DNA of 64,000 nucleotides from Gaiella sp. Its GTDB lineage: Bacteria > Actinomycetota > Thermoleophilia > Gaiellales > Gaiellaceae. The translations under genes were made by a program, and so were the position numbers. The notes below the pieces were generated by a model. It had not been told where the DNA came from and ran no database searches. It worked only from the letters and a program-made list of their open reading frames with translations. This document shows, piece after piece, positions 10,365 through 19,621 of the stretch. Every line of letters begins with the position of its first letter. The first letter of the stretch is position 1. The DNA lies in the NCBI RefSeq assembly GCF_035710885.1, contig NZ_DASTCS010000038.1, positions 14,273-78,272 of the forward strand. The letters run 5' to 3'.

Positions 10365-13363
10365 ACGAGCTCTTCGGGATCCCGCTCGACACCCTCCTCG
10401 CGATCCTCGGGGTCGCCCTGGGCGTCGCGTTCGGGATCCTTGGCGTGCTCGTGCTTCGAAACCCCGTCCTCGTGCGGCTCGGGGTCCGCAACGTCGGCCG
10501 CCGGCGCGGGCGCACGGGCCTGATCGTGCTCGGGCTGATGCTCGGCACCACGATCGTCGCCGCGGCGCTCGTCACCGGCGACACGATGAGCCACACCATC
10601 CGCACGACGGCGGTCACCGCGCTCGGCGAGAGCGACGAGATCGTGTCCGCGAGGGGCGCGGTGGACGACATCCCCGGGGAGCTCGGGATGGCGAGCGGAA
10701 TCGGCTGGCTCCCCGAGAGCGTCGTCGGCGAGGTCGAATCGGCCGTGGGGCCCGACCTGACCGACGGCGTCCTCGGCACGGTCGTCGACAACGTCGCGAT
10801 CCAGGCGCCGCGGACCCGCCAGACGGAGCCCAGCGTCACGCTCTTCGCCGCCGAGCCCACACGGCTCGAGGGGTTCGCCCCGATCACGGGCCCGGACGGC
10901 GAAACGCTCTCGCTCGCCGCGCTGGAGCCCGGCGATGTCTACCTCAACGCCGACGCCGCCGACGAGCTCGGAGCGCGTGCGGGCGACGACGTCGTCGTCT
11001 ACCCATCCGGCAAGCCGTTCCGTGCGACCGTCCGTGCGGTCGTCGACTTCGAGGGCGCCGGCACGGCTGATGCGGCGGTCCTCCTGCCGCTCGACGAGGC
11101 GCAGCGCCTCTACGGGCATCCGGGCGAGATCCTCGGTGTGATGGTCTCGAACGAGGGCACGGGCGACGCGGCCGTGGCGCTCTCCGACCGGGTGCTCGAG
11201 GAGCTCGGCCCCGTGCTCGGGGCACACGAGCTCGAGGCGAAGGCGCTCAAGCAGGATGCGATCGAAGCCGCCGACGAGGCCGGGAGCGCGTTCATGGCGT
11301 TCTTCACGACCTTCGGGTCGTTCTCGATCGCGGCCGGGATCCTCCTGATCTTCCTCATCTTCGTGATGCTCGCGGCGGAGCGCCGTGGAGAGCTCGGGAT
11401 CGCGCGCGCGATCGGCACGCGCCGCGGCCACCTCGTCCAGATGTTCACGTTCGAGGGCGCGGCGTACGACCTCATCGCCGCCGCCGTCGGCGCGATCCTC
11501 GGCGCGATCGTCGCGTACGGAATGGTCATCCTGATGGCGCGGGCGTTCGGCGCCGAGGACGCGGACGCGGGTCTGCAGGTGCAGTACGCCTTCACGTGGC
11601 AGAGCCTCTTGATCGCGTTCGCGCTCGGAGTGCTCCTGACGCTGATCGTGGTCGCGTTCTCAGCCTGGCGTGTGAGCGTGATGACGATCGCCGCGGCGAT
11701 CCGGAACGTGCCCGAGCCGCCCGTGGTGCGCAAGCGCCGCCGCGTCGTCCTGGGCGGTCTCGGCATCGTGCTCGGCGTGCTCCTCGCCCTCGGGGCCGGG
11801 AACGCCGCAACTCCGCTCTTCCTCGGCGTCTCGCTCGTGATCTTCGGCCTTGTGCCGTTCGCGCGTCTGGTCGGCGTTCCCGACCGGATCGCCTTCACCG
11901 TTGCCGGACTCGCAAACGTGGTCTTCTGGATGCTCCCCTGGAGCGTCACGCAGTGGATCTTCGGCCCGCTCAGCATGGACTTCTCGACCTGGATCGTCGC
12001 CGGCCTGATGGTCGTCATCGGAGCCGTGTGGGTGATCGTCTACAACGCCGACGTGCTCCTCGGCGCCGTGATGGCCGTCCTCGGTCGGATCAAGGCGCTC
12101 GCGCCGCTCCTGCGGATGTCGATGGCGTATCCGCTCCGGAGCCGGTTCCGGACGGGTACGACGCTGGCGATGTTCACGCTCGTCGTGTTCACGCTCGTGA
12201 CGGGCTCGACCTCGACCGGCTCGTTCCAGGCCGCGCTCGACGACGTCGCGGTCTTCGGCGGCGGCTTCGACGTGCGCGCCGGGACCGGTGCGGTGGCGCC
12301 GCTCGGCGACCTGCGCTCGGCGCTCGACGAGCGGCTCGGAGCACGCTCACGCGACTTCCCGGTGGTGGGAAGCCAGTCCGTGCTCGCCGTCGACGCGCGC
12401 CAGCTCGGGACAGGGCGGCCGCTCGAGCAGTACCACGTGCGTGGGCTCGACTCGTCGTTCCTGCAGCACACGACCTTCGAGCTCGGGGTGATGGCTCACG
12501 GCTACACGAGCTCGCGCGAGGTGTGGGCCGCGCTCGACCGCGAGCCCGGCCTCGCCGTCGTCGACAGCCTTGTCGTGCCGCACCGCGACGAGTTCGGCTT
12601 CACGGTGCTGCCCTCCGACTTCGAGGTGACCGGCATGTACTCGGATGTCGACGAGCCGTTCGACCCGATCCCGCTCGAGGTCGTGGACTCGCAGACCGGG
12701 AAGCGGACGCGGCTGACGGTGATCGGCGTTCTGTCCGACTCGGCGCCGTTCGAGATGGCCGGCATCTCGACCTCACAGGCGACCCTCGCCGCGGCGTTCC
12801 CCGGCCGCGCCGAGCCGACGATCCACTATTTCTCGCTCGCGCCCGGCATCGACGCCGACCAGGCCGCCACACGGCTCGAGTCCGCGTTCCTCTCGAACGG
12901 GCTCGAGGCCGAGTCGATCCGCCAGGTCGTCGCGGACTACACGGCCGGCAGCAGGACGTTCAACCGCCTGATCCAGGGCTTCATGGCGCTGGGGCTCGTC
13001 GTCGGAGTGGCGGCGCTCGGCGTGATCAGCGCCCGCGCGGTGGTCGAGCGGCGCCAGCAGATCGGCGTGATGCGGGCGATCGGGTTCCGGCGCACGATGA
13101 TCCAGGCGGTGTTCCTGCTCGAATCGTCGTTCGTCGCCCTCACGGCGATCGTCGTCGGTACCGCGCTCGGGCTGCTCCTCGGCTGGAACATCGTCCTCGA
13201 CCAGCGCGAGACGCCGAGCTGGGAGAACGTCGCGTTCGTGGTGCCCTGGGTCGACCTCGCGCTCGTCTTCGGCGTGGTCTACGCGGTCGCGCTGCTCGCG
13301 ACTCTCGCCCCGGCGCTCCGGGCCTCCCGGATCGCACCGGCCGAGGCGCTCCGTTACGAGTAG
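10361..13363 (+). CDS. ABC transporter permease with two FtsX-type domains (MacB-like, about 10 TM segments, large extracytoplasmic domains)
   Basis: 1000 aa. Two FtsX-like 4-TM blocks (...AERRGELGIARAIGTRRGHLVQMF... and ...ERRQQIGVMRAIGFRRTMIQAVF...), each preceded by a long soluble region. Confidence 0.85.
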   Translation: MNELFGIPLDTLLAILGVALGVAFGILGVLVLRNPVLVRLGVRNVGRRRGRTGLIVLGLMLGTTIVAAALVTGDTMSHTIRTTAVTALGESDEIVSARGAVDDIPGELGMASGIGWLPESVVGEVESAVGPDLTDGVLGTVVDNVAIQAPRTRQTEPSVTLFAAEPTRLEGFAPITGPDGETLSLAALEPGDVYLNADAADELGARAGDDVVVYPSGKPFRATVRAVVDFEGAGTADAAVLLPLDEAQRLYGHPGEILGVMVSNEGTGDAAVALSDRVLEELGPVLGAHELEAKALKQDAIEAADEAGSAFMAFFTTFGSFSIAAGILLIFLIFVMLAAERRGELGIARAIGTRRGHLVQMFTFEGAAYDLIAAAVGAILGAIVAYGMVILMARAFGAEDADAGLQVQYAFTWQSLLIAFALGVLLTLIVVAFSAWRVSVMTIAAAIRNVPEPPVVRKRRRVVLGGLGIVLGVLLALGAGNAATPLFLGVSLVIFGLVPFARLVGVPDRIAFTVAGLANVVFWMLPWSVTQWIFGPLSMDFSTWIVAGLMVVIGAVWVIVYNADVLLGAVMAVLGRIKALAPLLRMSMAYPLRSRFRTGTTLAMFTLVVFTLVTGSTSTGSFQAALDDVAVFGGGFDVRAGTGAVAPLGDLRSALDERLGARSRDFPVVGSQSVLAVDARQLGTGRPLEQYHVRGLDSSFLQHTTFELGVMAHGYTSSREVWAALDREPGLAVVDSLVVPHRDEFGFTVLPSDFEVTGMYSDVDEPFDPIPLEVVDSQTGKRTRLTVIGVLSDSAPFEMAGISTSQATLAAAFPGRAEPTIHYFSLAPGIDADQAATRLESAFLSNGLEAESIRQVVADYTAGSRTFNRLIQGFMALGLVVGVAALGVISARAVVERRQQIGVMRAIGFRRTMIQAVFLLESSFVALTAIVVGTALGLLLGWNIVLDQRETPSWENVAFVVPWVDLALVFGVVYAVALLATLAPALRASRIAPAEALRYE

Positions 13364-13405
13364 GGGGTCTAGCCCCCGGCTGCTACCGGCGCGGCGCCCC
13401 GCGCT

Positions 13406-13433
13406 GAAGATCCCGTGCTGGAGGGGGATCTTC
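13406..13433 (+). terminator. Hairpin downstream of the ABC permease (terminator-like)
   Basis: GAAGATCCC-(10 nt)-GGGATCTTC, followed by TGTAGAT. A second short hairpin GGGGG-TCTAG-CCCCC lies at 13364-13378, immediately after the stop. Confidence 0.35.
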
Positions 13434-13457
13434 TGTAGATCCCGAGCTCCATGCGGT

Positions 13458-13477
13458 TTGCTTGCATATGCAAGCAA
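13458..13477. repeat. Perfect 20-bp AT-rich palindrome TTGCTTGCATATGCAAGCAA (operator-like, or a hairpin)
   Basis: Read directly. The first 10 nt are the exact reverse complement of the last 10. It is one of the most AT-rich spots in the window and lies about 125 bp upstream of the S4-domain gene. Confidence 0.7.
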
Positions 13478-13487
13478 TCTGGCAGCT

Positions 13488-13544
13488 CTGTCGCGACTGG
13501 GATCGAACCTGTCCCGCTGGAGGTCGCCCGTGGTGACCACGACG
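13488..13544 (-). other. tRNA-like fragment (T-arm plus acceptor-like helix, no anticodon arm); possible tRNA relic
   Basis: The minus strand reads CGTCGTG-GTCACCACGGGCGACC-TCCAGCGGG-ACAGG-TTCGATC-CCAGT-CGCGACA. It has a canonical GGTTCGATCC T-loop motif, a 4/5-bp T-stem, a 6/7-bp acceptor-like pairing and a D-arm-like GGTC/GACC helix. At 57 nt it is too short for a functional tRNA. Confidence 0.25.
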
Positions 13545-13600
13545 TCGTCGAGCTCGGATCCCGATCCGCCGGATGCGATCATGGTCGCGCATTGGATCAG

Positions 13601-13990
13601 GTGAGGATCGACCGGTGGTTGTGGGCGGCGCGCTTCTTCAAGACCCGAGGCGCCGCGACGGAGGCGGTGGTCGGAGGTCGCGTGCACGTGAACGGGGCAC
13701 GGGTGAAGCCGTCGAAGGACGTTCGCCCAGGCGACAGCCTCGAGGTGACCGTGGGGGACACCCGCCGCGCCGTGGTCGTGCGCGCGGTCGCGGAGAAGCG
13801 CGGACCGGCGGCGATCGCAGCAACGCTGTACGAGGAGACCCCCGAGTCGATCGCGCGACGCGAGCAACGCGCAGTGGAGCGGAGGCTCGCCCGGCCCCTC
13901 GGCGCAGAGCTCGGGGCACGGCCGACGAAGCGAGACCGGCGCAGGCTGGACGCGCTGCGGCGGGCGCAGCGCGGGCGCCGAGCCCCCTAG
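13601..13990 (+). CDS. S4-domain RNA-binding protein (Hsp15 / HslR-like)
   Basis: [49 protein letters not shown] matches the Hsp15 N-terminus. Basic C-terminal tail. Start is GTG 13601 or TTG 13592; the track start at 13451 is unlikely. Confidence 0.75.
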   Translation: MRIDRWLWAARFFKTRGAATEAVVGGRVHVNGARVKPSKDVRPGDSLEVTVGDTRRAVVVRAVAEKRGPAAIAATLYEETPESIARREQRAVERRLARPLGAELGARPTKRDRRRLDALRRAQRGRRAP

Positions 13991-14073
13991 ACCGCGCCTC
14001 CGGCGACGGGAGTGCCTGCCCGTGGCGTGCCCCGCACGAGGTCTCTAGACTCCGCGCTCGAGGAGGATCGCGG

Positions 14074-15267
14074 ATGGCTCGCATCGCCTACGAGGGCGTC
14101 TCCAAGATCTACGACGACGGCACCTGGGCCGTCGAGGACTTCGATCTCGAGATCGACGACGGGGAGTTCATGGTTCTCGTCGGCCCGTCGGGCTGCGGCA
14201 AGACGACGGCCCTGCGGATGCTCGCGGGGCTCGAGGAGATCAGCGAGGGGGACATCCGGATCGGCGATCGCGTGGTCAACGACCTCTCCCCGAAGGAGCG
14301 CGACATCGCGATGGTGTTCCAGAACTACGCGCTCTATCCCCACATGACGGTGGAGGACAACCTCGCGTTCGGGCTGCGCTACCGGAAGCTCCCGAAGGCA
14401 GAGGTCACGAAGCGGGTTCGGGAGGCGGCGGAGACCCTCGAGATCGCCCAGTTCCTGAAGCGCAAGCCGCGAGCGCTGTCCGGCGGTCAGCGGCAGCGCG
14501 TGGCGATGGGCCGCGCGCTCGTACGCGAGCCGGAGGCGTTCCTGATGGACGAGCCGCTCTCGAACCTCGACGCGAAGCTCCGCGTCCAGATGCGGGGCGA
14601 GATCCACGACCTGCAACGCAGGCTCGGGGTGACGACGATCTACGTCACGCACGACCAGATCGAGGCGATGACGCTCGGCGACCGGGTGGCGGTGATGCTC
14701 GACGGCCGGCTCCAGCAGGTCGCGACCCCGGAGGGCCTCTACGAAAGGCCCGTCAACGATTTCGTGGCGAGCTTCATCGGCTCACCGTCGATCAACATGG
14801 TCGAAGCCGAGCTCGCCAACTCGAACGGCGGGCTCGCGGTCAGCTTCGGCGGCCACCGCCTCGCGGTCGACGAGACCGTTCAGCGTGGGCGCCCCGCGCT
14901 CGAGCAGTACGTCGGTCGCACCGTCCTGCTCGGCATCCGTCCCGAGGACTTCGAGGACGTCCGCGCTGCGCCCGATACGCCGCCCGACCGCCGGCTGAAG
15001 ACGATCTGCGCGCTGAGCGAGTCGCTCGGCGCGGACGTGCTCGTCTACTTCGACGTCGAGGCCGCCGGCGTCATCCCCGTCGACCTCGACACGGACGACG
15101 GCAAGCCCGAGCCGGTCGAGCCGACCGCGCGGAAGACCGCGGGCACCTCCAGGCTCGTCGCCCGCGTGAGCCCGCGGACACCGACGGCCGACGGGAGCTC
15201 GGTCGAGCTGGCCGTCGACACGAGCCGCCTCTACTTCTTCGACCCGGAGACCGGCCTGGCGGTCTGA
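14074..15267 (+). CDS. Sugar ABC transporter ATP-binding protein (MalK/UgpC/MsiK-type)
   Basis: 397 aa. [16 protein letters not shown]..., [36 protein letters not shown] and a C-terminal regulatory (TOBE-like) domain. AGGAGGA lies 7 nt upstream. Confidence 0.9.
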   Translation: MARIAYEGVSKIYDDGTWAVEDFDLEIDDGEFMVLVGPSGCGKTTALRMLAGLEEISEGDIRIGDRVVNDLSPKERDIAMVFQNYALYPHMTVEDNLAFGLRYRKLPKAEVTKRVREAAETLEIAQFLKRKPRALSGGQRQRVAMGRALVREPEAFLMDEPLSNLDAKLRVQMRGEIHDLQRRLGVTTIYVTHDQIEAMTLGDRVAVMLDGRLQQVATPEGLYERPVNDFVASFIGSPSINMVEAELANSNGGLAVSFGGHRLAVDETVQRGRPALEQYVGRTVLLGIRPEDFEDVRAAPDTPPDRRLKTICALSESLGADVLVYFDVEAAGVIPVDLDTDDGKPEPVEPTARKTAGTSRLVARVSPRTPTADGSSVELAVDTSRLYFFDPETGLAV

Positions 15268-15269
15268 GG

Positions 15270-16190
15270 CTAGCCCTTTACTGCGCCCGCGGTCAGGCCC
15301 GCGAGGATGCGCTTCTGCAGGATCAGGGTGAGCGTGATCAGCGGGATCGTCACGATCACGGTCGCGGCCATGATCTGACCCCACGGTCGGTCGAAGGCGC
15401 TTCCCGACTCGCCCGTGAAGCTGACGATGGCGACCGGAACGGTCTGGCGCTCGGGCGTCTGCGTGAAGGAGAGCGCGAAGAGGAACTCGTTCCAGGCGGA
15501 GATGAAGGCGAGCAGCCCCGCGGTCACGAGGCCGGGAGCGACGAGGGGCAGCATCACCCGGTAGAACGTCTGCAGGGGCGATGCGCCGTCCACGTAGGCG
15601 GCCTCTTCGAGATCCTTCGGCAGGCCGCGCATGAAGGTCGTGAGGATCCAGACGGTGAGCGGCAGCACGAGCACCATGTAGGAGAAGACGAGCGCGCCGA
15701 GGCTGTCGTAGAGGCCGAACCGGTTGATCATCGTGTAGAGGGCGCCCAGGATCGCGATCTGCGGGAAGATCGTCATCGACAGCATCAGGTAGAGGGTCGC
15801 GGACCGGCCGCGGAACCGGAAGCGGCCGAGCGCGTACCCGGCGATCGACCCGACCGCCACGGCGACGAGCGTCACCGCCCCGGCGACGATCGTCGAGTTG
15901 AGCAGGGCGCGCTGGAACTGGCCGCTCTCGAACACGGCGCGGAAGTTGTCCAGCGTGGGATCCAGCGGGATGTACTGCACCGGCGTGGTGAACAGGTCGG
16001 CCTCGGCGGTGAAGGCGGACCTCAGCGCCCAGTAGAACGGGAACACGGCATAGAAGAAGATGATCGTGATGAGGATGTAGAAGGGGACGCGCCGAAGCGA
16101 GAAGCGAGGAGCGCGCCTGCGCGCGACCCGCTCTCGGCGCAGGCGGGACTGCGCCTCCGTCCTCGTCATGCGCTCGGCGACCGACGTCAT
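15270..16190 (-). CDS. Carbohydrate ABC transporter permease (MalG-like)
   Basis: 306 aa from ATG 16190, which overlaps the upstream stop in an ATGA arrangement. EAA-type loop EAAYVDGASPLQTFYRVMLP. The rest of track ORF 15270..16694 is a false extension. Confidence 0.85.
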   Translation of the reverse strand: MTSVAERMTRTEAQSRLRRERVARRRAPRFSLRRVPFYILITIIFFYAVFPFYWALRSAFTAEADLFTTPVQYIPLDPTLDNFRAVFESGQFQRALLNSTIVAGAVTLVAVAVGSIAGYALGRFRFRGRSATLYLMLSMTIFPQIAILGALYTMINRFGLYDSLGALVFSYMVLVLPLTVWILTTFMRGLPKDLEEAAYVDGASPLQTFYRVMLPLVAPGLVTAGLLAFISAWNEFLFALSFTQTPERQTVPVAIVSFTGESGSAFDRPWGQIMAATVIVTIPLITLTLILQKRILAGLTAGAVKG

Positions 16191-17122
16191 TGCTCCTGCA
16201 CCCGCACGAACGTCGTGTAGATGACCACGAACATCCCGATGATCAGGAAGATGGCGACGCTCACCGCGGCTCCGTAGCCCACGTCCCCCGTCGCGACGAT
16301 CGTGTTCTGCGTGTAGATCGCCATCGTCTGCGTGTCGAGGCGCGAGCCGAAGAACACGTAGAAGACGTCGAAGACCCGGAGCGCGTCGAGCGTCCGGAAG
16401 ATGAGCGTGACGAGGATCGCGGGCATCAGCAGGGGCAGGGTGATCTTCCAGAACTGCCGCCATTTGCTCGTGCCGTCGACGTCCGCCGCCTCGTAGAGCT
16501 CGTTCGGGATCACCTGGAGGCCGGCAAGGAGGAGCAGCGCCACGAAGGGTGTGGTCTTCCAGATGTCGACGGCGGCGACCGAGGCGAGGGCCGTGCTGCT
16601 CTGGGAGATCCACGCGACCGGCTCGTCCACCAGGTGCAGTCGGAGGAGCCCGTCGTTGATGACGCCGAAGACGTCGTCGTACATCCACTTCCACATCTGC
16701 GCAGCGACCACGGTGGGGATCGCCCAGGGCACGAGCATCATCGCCCGCATTACGCCCCGTCCCTTGAAGCCCGAGTTGACGGCCAGCGCGATGATCAGGC
16801 CCAGGACGAGCTCGAAGGCCACCGTGATCGCCGTGAACTTCACCGTGACGAAGACGGAGTCCCGGAAGATCGTGTCGTCGAGCAGGTCGCGGTAGTTCTG
16901 CAGCCCGACGAACTCGGTCGGCTCGATCCCTTCGAGGAACTGACGGTTCGTGAAGCTGTCGTAGATCGTCTGACCGAGCGGGTAGAGCGCAACCAGGGCG
17001 ACGAGCACCAGGGCGGGCGACAGCATCAGCCAGGCGAGGCGCGTCTGCCTCCGCTGGAGACGGGTCGACCGCCGCTTCGGCGGCCTTGGGCGCCGCTCGG
17101 TCGTGGACTGAATCGCGCTCAT
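16187..17122 (-). CDS. Carbohydrate ABC transporter permease (MalF-like)
   Basis: EAA-type loop YEAADVDGTSKWRQFWKITLP and 6 predicted TM segments. Start ATG 17122 (or 17152). Confidence 0.85.
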   Translation of the reverse strand: MSAIQSTTERRPRPPKRRSTRLQRRQTRLAWLMLSPALVLVALVALYPLGQTIYDSFTNRQFLEGIEPTEFVGLQNYRDLLDDTIFRDSVFVTVKFTAITVAFELVLGLIIALAVNSGFKGRGVMRAMMLVPWAIPTVVAAQMWKWMYDDVFGVINDGLLRLHLVDEPVAWISQSSTALASVAAVDIWKTTPFVALLLLAGLQVIPNELYEAADVDGTSKWRQFWKITLPLLMPAILVTLIFRTLDALRVFDVFYVFFGSRLDTQTMAIYTQNTIVATGDVGYGAAVSVAIFLIIGMFVVIYTTFVRVQEQ

Positions 17123-17180
17123 CGCCTGGCGAACGGCGGGGCGGGGGCGCAACGCCCCCGCCCCGCCGCAGCGTGCCTCT

Positions 17181-18509
17181 CTATCTCGGCAACAGCCGGT
17201 TCAGCCGCTGCTCGATCCCGGGCAGGACGTTCTTCGCGTCCTGACCGTTCAAGATCTGGTTCAGGCCCTGGTAGATGATCTGCGAGCCCTGCGCGTACCT
17301 CGTGCCCAGGATCGTCGGGCGCGTCACACGCGTCACGTTCGCGATCTCCGGCTTGAGCCAGGGGTTCACCTTCCGCACCGCCGCGTCACGGGCGACGGCC
17401 GGGATCGTCGGGACGTTGCTGTTGTAGATGGCGTTGAACTTCTCGACCGGGGCGCTCGTCAGGTAGCGGACGAGCTCGATCGCCGCCTCCCTGTTCTTCG
17501 AGAACGTCGAGACGCCGAGCTGCCAGCCGCCGACGGTCCCCACCGACGGGTTGCTCCCCGTGCGAGGGAGGACGGTGACGTCGAACTTGCCCTTGACGGG
17601 CCCGGTCTGGCTCTTCGCGTAGGCGTACGGCCAATTCCGCATGAATGCGGCGTTGCCGGCGCCGAACGCCGAGTCGGCCTCACCTTCCTGGTACGTCGTC
17701 ACCCCGCGGGGCGTGATCGTCCCGACCCAGCTGCGCTGGAGGTTCATCATCGCGATCGCTCTCGGGTTGTTGATCGACGCCTTGCCGTTGTCGACGAAGC
17801 GCCCGCCACCGCTCGACGCGAGCCATTCCAGCGCGTCGCAGGTCAGGCCCTCGTACGCGTTCCCCTGGTACACGAACCCGTAGAAGTTCGGGTTCGAGGC
17901 CTGCTCGCCGTCCTGGATCTTCTTCGCCATGGTGCCCAGCTGGGCCCAGGTCTTCGGCGGCGAGGAGTACCCGTACTTCCTCAGGAGATCGGTGCGGTAG
18001 TAGAGGATCCCGAAGTCGCCGAACCAGGGCATCGCGACCAGCTTCCCGCCGATCGTGTTGTTCCTGATGATCCCCTGGGAGTGCGCCCTGGCCTCTCTGG
18101 CCAGTGCGGGCTTGAGGTTGACGAGGTACTGGGCGAACGCACCGGGCCAGACCACGTCGAGCATCACCACGTCGAAAGCCGACGACTTGCCCGAGAAGGT
18201 CCGGGCGAGCTGCGAGTACGACGCCGACGAGTCGGCTGGGTGCGGTACGAGCTTGACCTTGATGCCCGTGTCCGCCGAGAACTTCGCCACGAGCAGCTTG
18301 TCGCGGGTGTGGCTCTTGCCCACCGGGCCGTCACCGAGGAAGGTCAGCGACGATCCCCCGTACTTGGCCTTGAGGGCTTTCGCGTTGGGGACGTTCGGCG
18401 GCTTGACGGCCGGCGCGGCCGCGGTCTCCGTGCTTGCGGTCCCCACCGCAGCTACGGCGAGCGACGCGACGAGGGCCAACGCCCCTGCCACGCTTCCTAC
18501 GAAGCGCAT
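17181..18509 (-). CDS. Extracellular solute-binding protein of a sugar ABC transporter
   Basis: 442 aa. N-terminal signal-like MRFVGSVAGALALVASLAVAAVG. Family-1 SBP features (WPGAF, YYRTDLL, GGWQLGV). GGGAGAGGTGAAG upstream of ATG 18509. Confidence 0.85.
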   Translation of the reverse strand: MRFVGSVAGALALVASLAVAAVGTASTETAAAPAVKPPNVPNAKALKAKYGGSSLTFLGDGPVGKSHTRDKLLVAKFSADTGIKVKLVPHPADSSASYSQLARTFSGKSSAFDVVMLDVVWPGAFAQYLVNLKPALAREARAHSQGIIRNNTIGGKLVAMPWFGDFGILYYRTDLLRKYGYSSPPKTWAQLGTMAKKIQDGEQASNPNFYGFVYQGNAYEGLTCDALEWLASSGGGRFVDNGKASINNPRAIAMMNLQRSWVGTITPRGVTTYQEGEADSAFGAGNAAFMRNWPYAYAKSQTGPVKGKFDVTVLPRTGSNPSVGTVGGWQLGVSTFSKNREAAIELVRYLTSAPVEKFNAIYNSNVPTIPAVARDAAVRKVNPWLKPEIANVTRVTRPTILGTRYAQGSQIIYQGLNQILNGQDAKNVLPGIEQRLNRLLPR

Positions 18510-18728
18510 TGAGAATTGCTTCACCTCTCCCACGTCCTTTCTCTCGACGGGACGGCACGTTGTCCTGCAAAGACATAGACGGCGTCGCCCGCGAACTGAT
18601 AGAGCGGCTCGCGAGGAGATCCACGGCCCGTGGCCCTCGCGTGGAGCCCGCCACCCGTCGCAGGGCGACGTAACGGGTTGTCACAGCACATTCGGCACAG
18701 CCAACGTAGAGGCTTGCCGAAGGCGGTG

Positions 18729-19511
18729 TCAAGAATGTGACGAGCCGTCGTGGGCGGCCGCCGCCGCCTCGAGAGAACGCCGCGCTCGCTCCAGGAACGC
18801 GACGACCCGGCGGTGGTCGAGACGCCGTGCATCGGAACGCGCGGCCAGCGCCTCGGAGACGAGTGCCGCGTCGGCGACCTGCCCGCGGGCCCACACGCCG
18901 GCCTCCGCCTTCGACGACCAGGTCTCCTCTGCGGCGTAGCGCAACGCGCGACACCCGTTCAGGACGGCATCGTCCTCCCGCGCGACGCCGGCGCTCTCGT
19001 GCCAGCGAAGCGACTCGATCAGCAGGTCGAGCAGCAACCCCCTCGGCATCGACGCGAAGAGCCGATCCGGAGGCGGCCCGAACAGTGCTCGACCCCTGTC
19101 GCGGACGATCGCCCGGTCGATGCCGTACCAGTGCTCGGCCCCGCCGTCCCCCGGAGACAGCGAGAGGTGAAACGGCATCGAGCGCCCGGTGTTGAGGTTC
19201 AGCTCGTAGCCGGCGTCCCGCGTCGCCTCGCGTACGGTCGACTCCGGATAGACGACGAGCTCGAGCCCCCTGGCCGGGCAGGGCAGCGCCTCGTGACGTA
19301 GGGCGCGCACGATCTCGAGCTTCGTCTCGCCCGCCACCCGACCGCCGCAGACCACCGCGAGGTCGACGTCGCTGCGACCGGGGTCGTAGCCACCGAGCGC
19401 GAGCGAGCCGCCGGCGTAGGCCCCGACGAGCTCGTCGCCGAGGATCGCGCGCACGCGCAGGACCACCTCCTGCAGATAGCGCGTGGTCCCAGGATCGGCG
19501 AGGTCGTCCAT
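18729..19511 (-). CDS. Nucleotidyltransferase, aminoglycoside ANT(3'')/AadA-like
   Basis: 260 aa. NTase motif GGSLALGGYDPGRSDVDLAVV and an AadA-like C-terminal helical domain (...AVLNGCRALRYAAEETWSSKAEAGVWA...). Confidence 0.6.
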   Translation of the reverse strand: MDDLADPGTTRYLQEVVLRVRAILGDELVGAYAGGSLALGGYDPGRSDVDLAVVCGGRVAGETKLEIVRALRHEALPCPARGLELVVYPESTVREATRDAGYELNLNTGRSMPFHLSLSPGDGGAEHWYGIDRAIVRDRGRALFGPPPDRLFASMPRGLLLDLLIESLRWHESAGVAREDDAVLNGCRALRYAAEETWSSKAEAGVWARGQVADAALVSEALAARSDARRLDHRRVVAFLERARRSLEAAAAAHDGSSHS

Positions 19512-19621
19512 GTGACGGGACAGTGCCTGCCGCGGGAGCGGCTGGAGAGGCTTGGACGACGGCGCGGTCGGCACGTAGGTTCCCCGGAAGCTCAGCGCAC
19601 CACCGACGAGGAGGACGAACG

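Noticed and set aside
16190-17278. 362-aa plus-strand ORF antisense to the MalF-like permease
   Set aside because: His/Asp/Arg/Glu-rich low-complexity translation. The minus strand encodes a clear ABC permease with an EAA loop.
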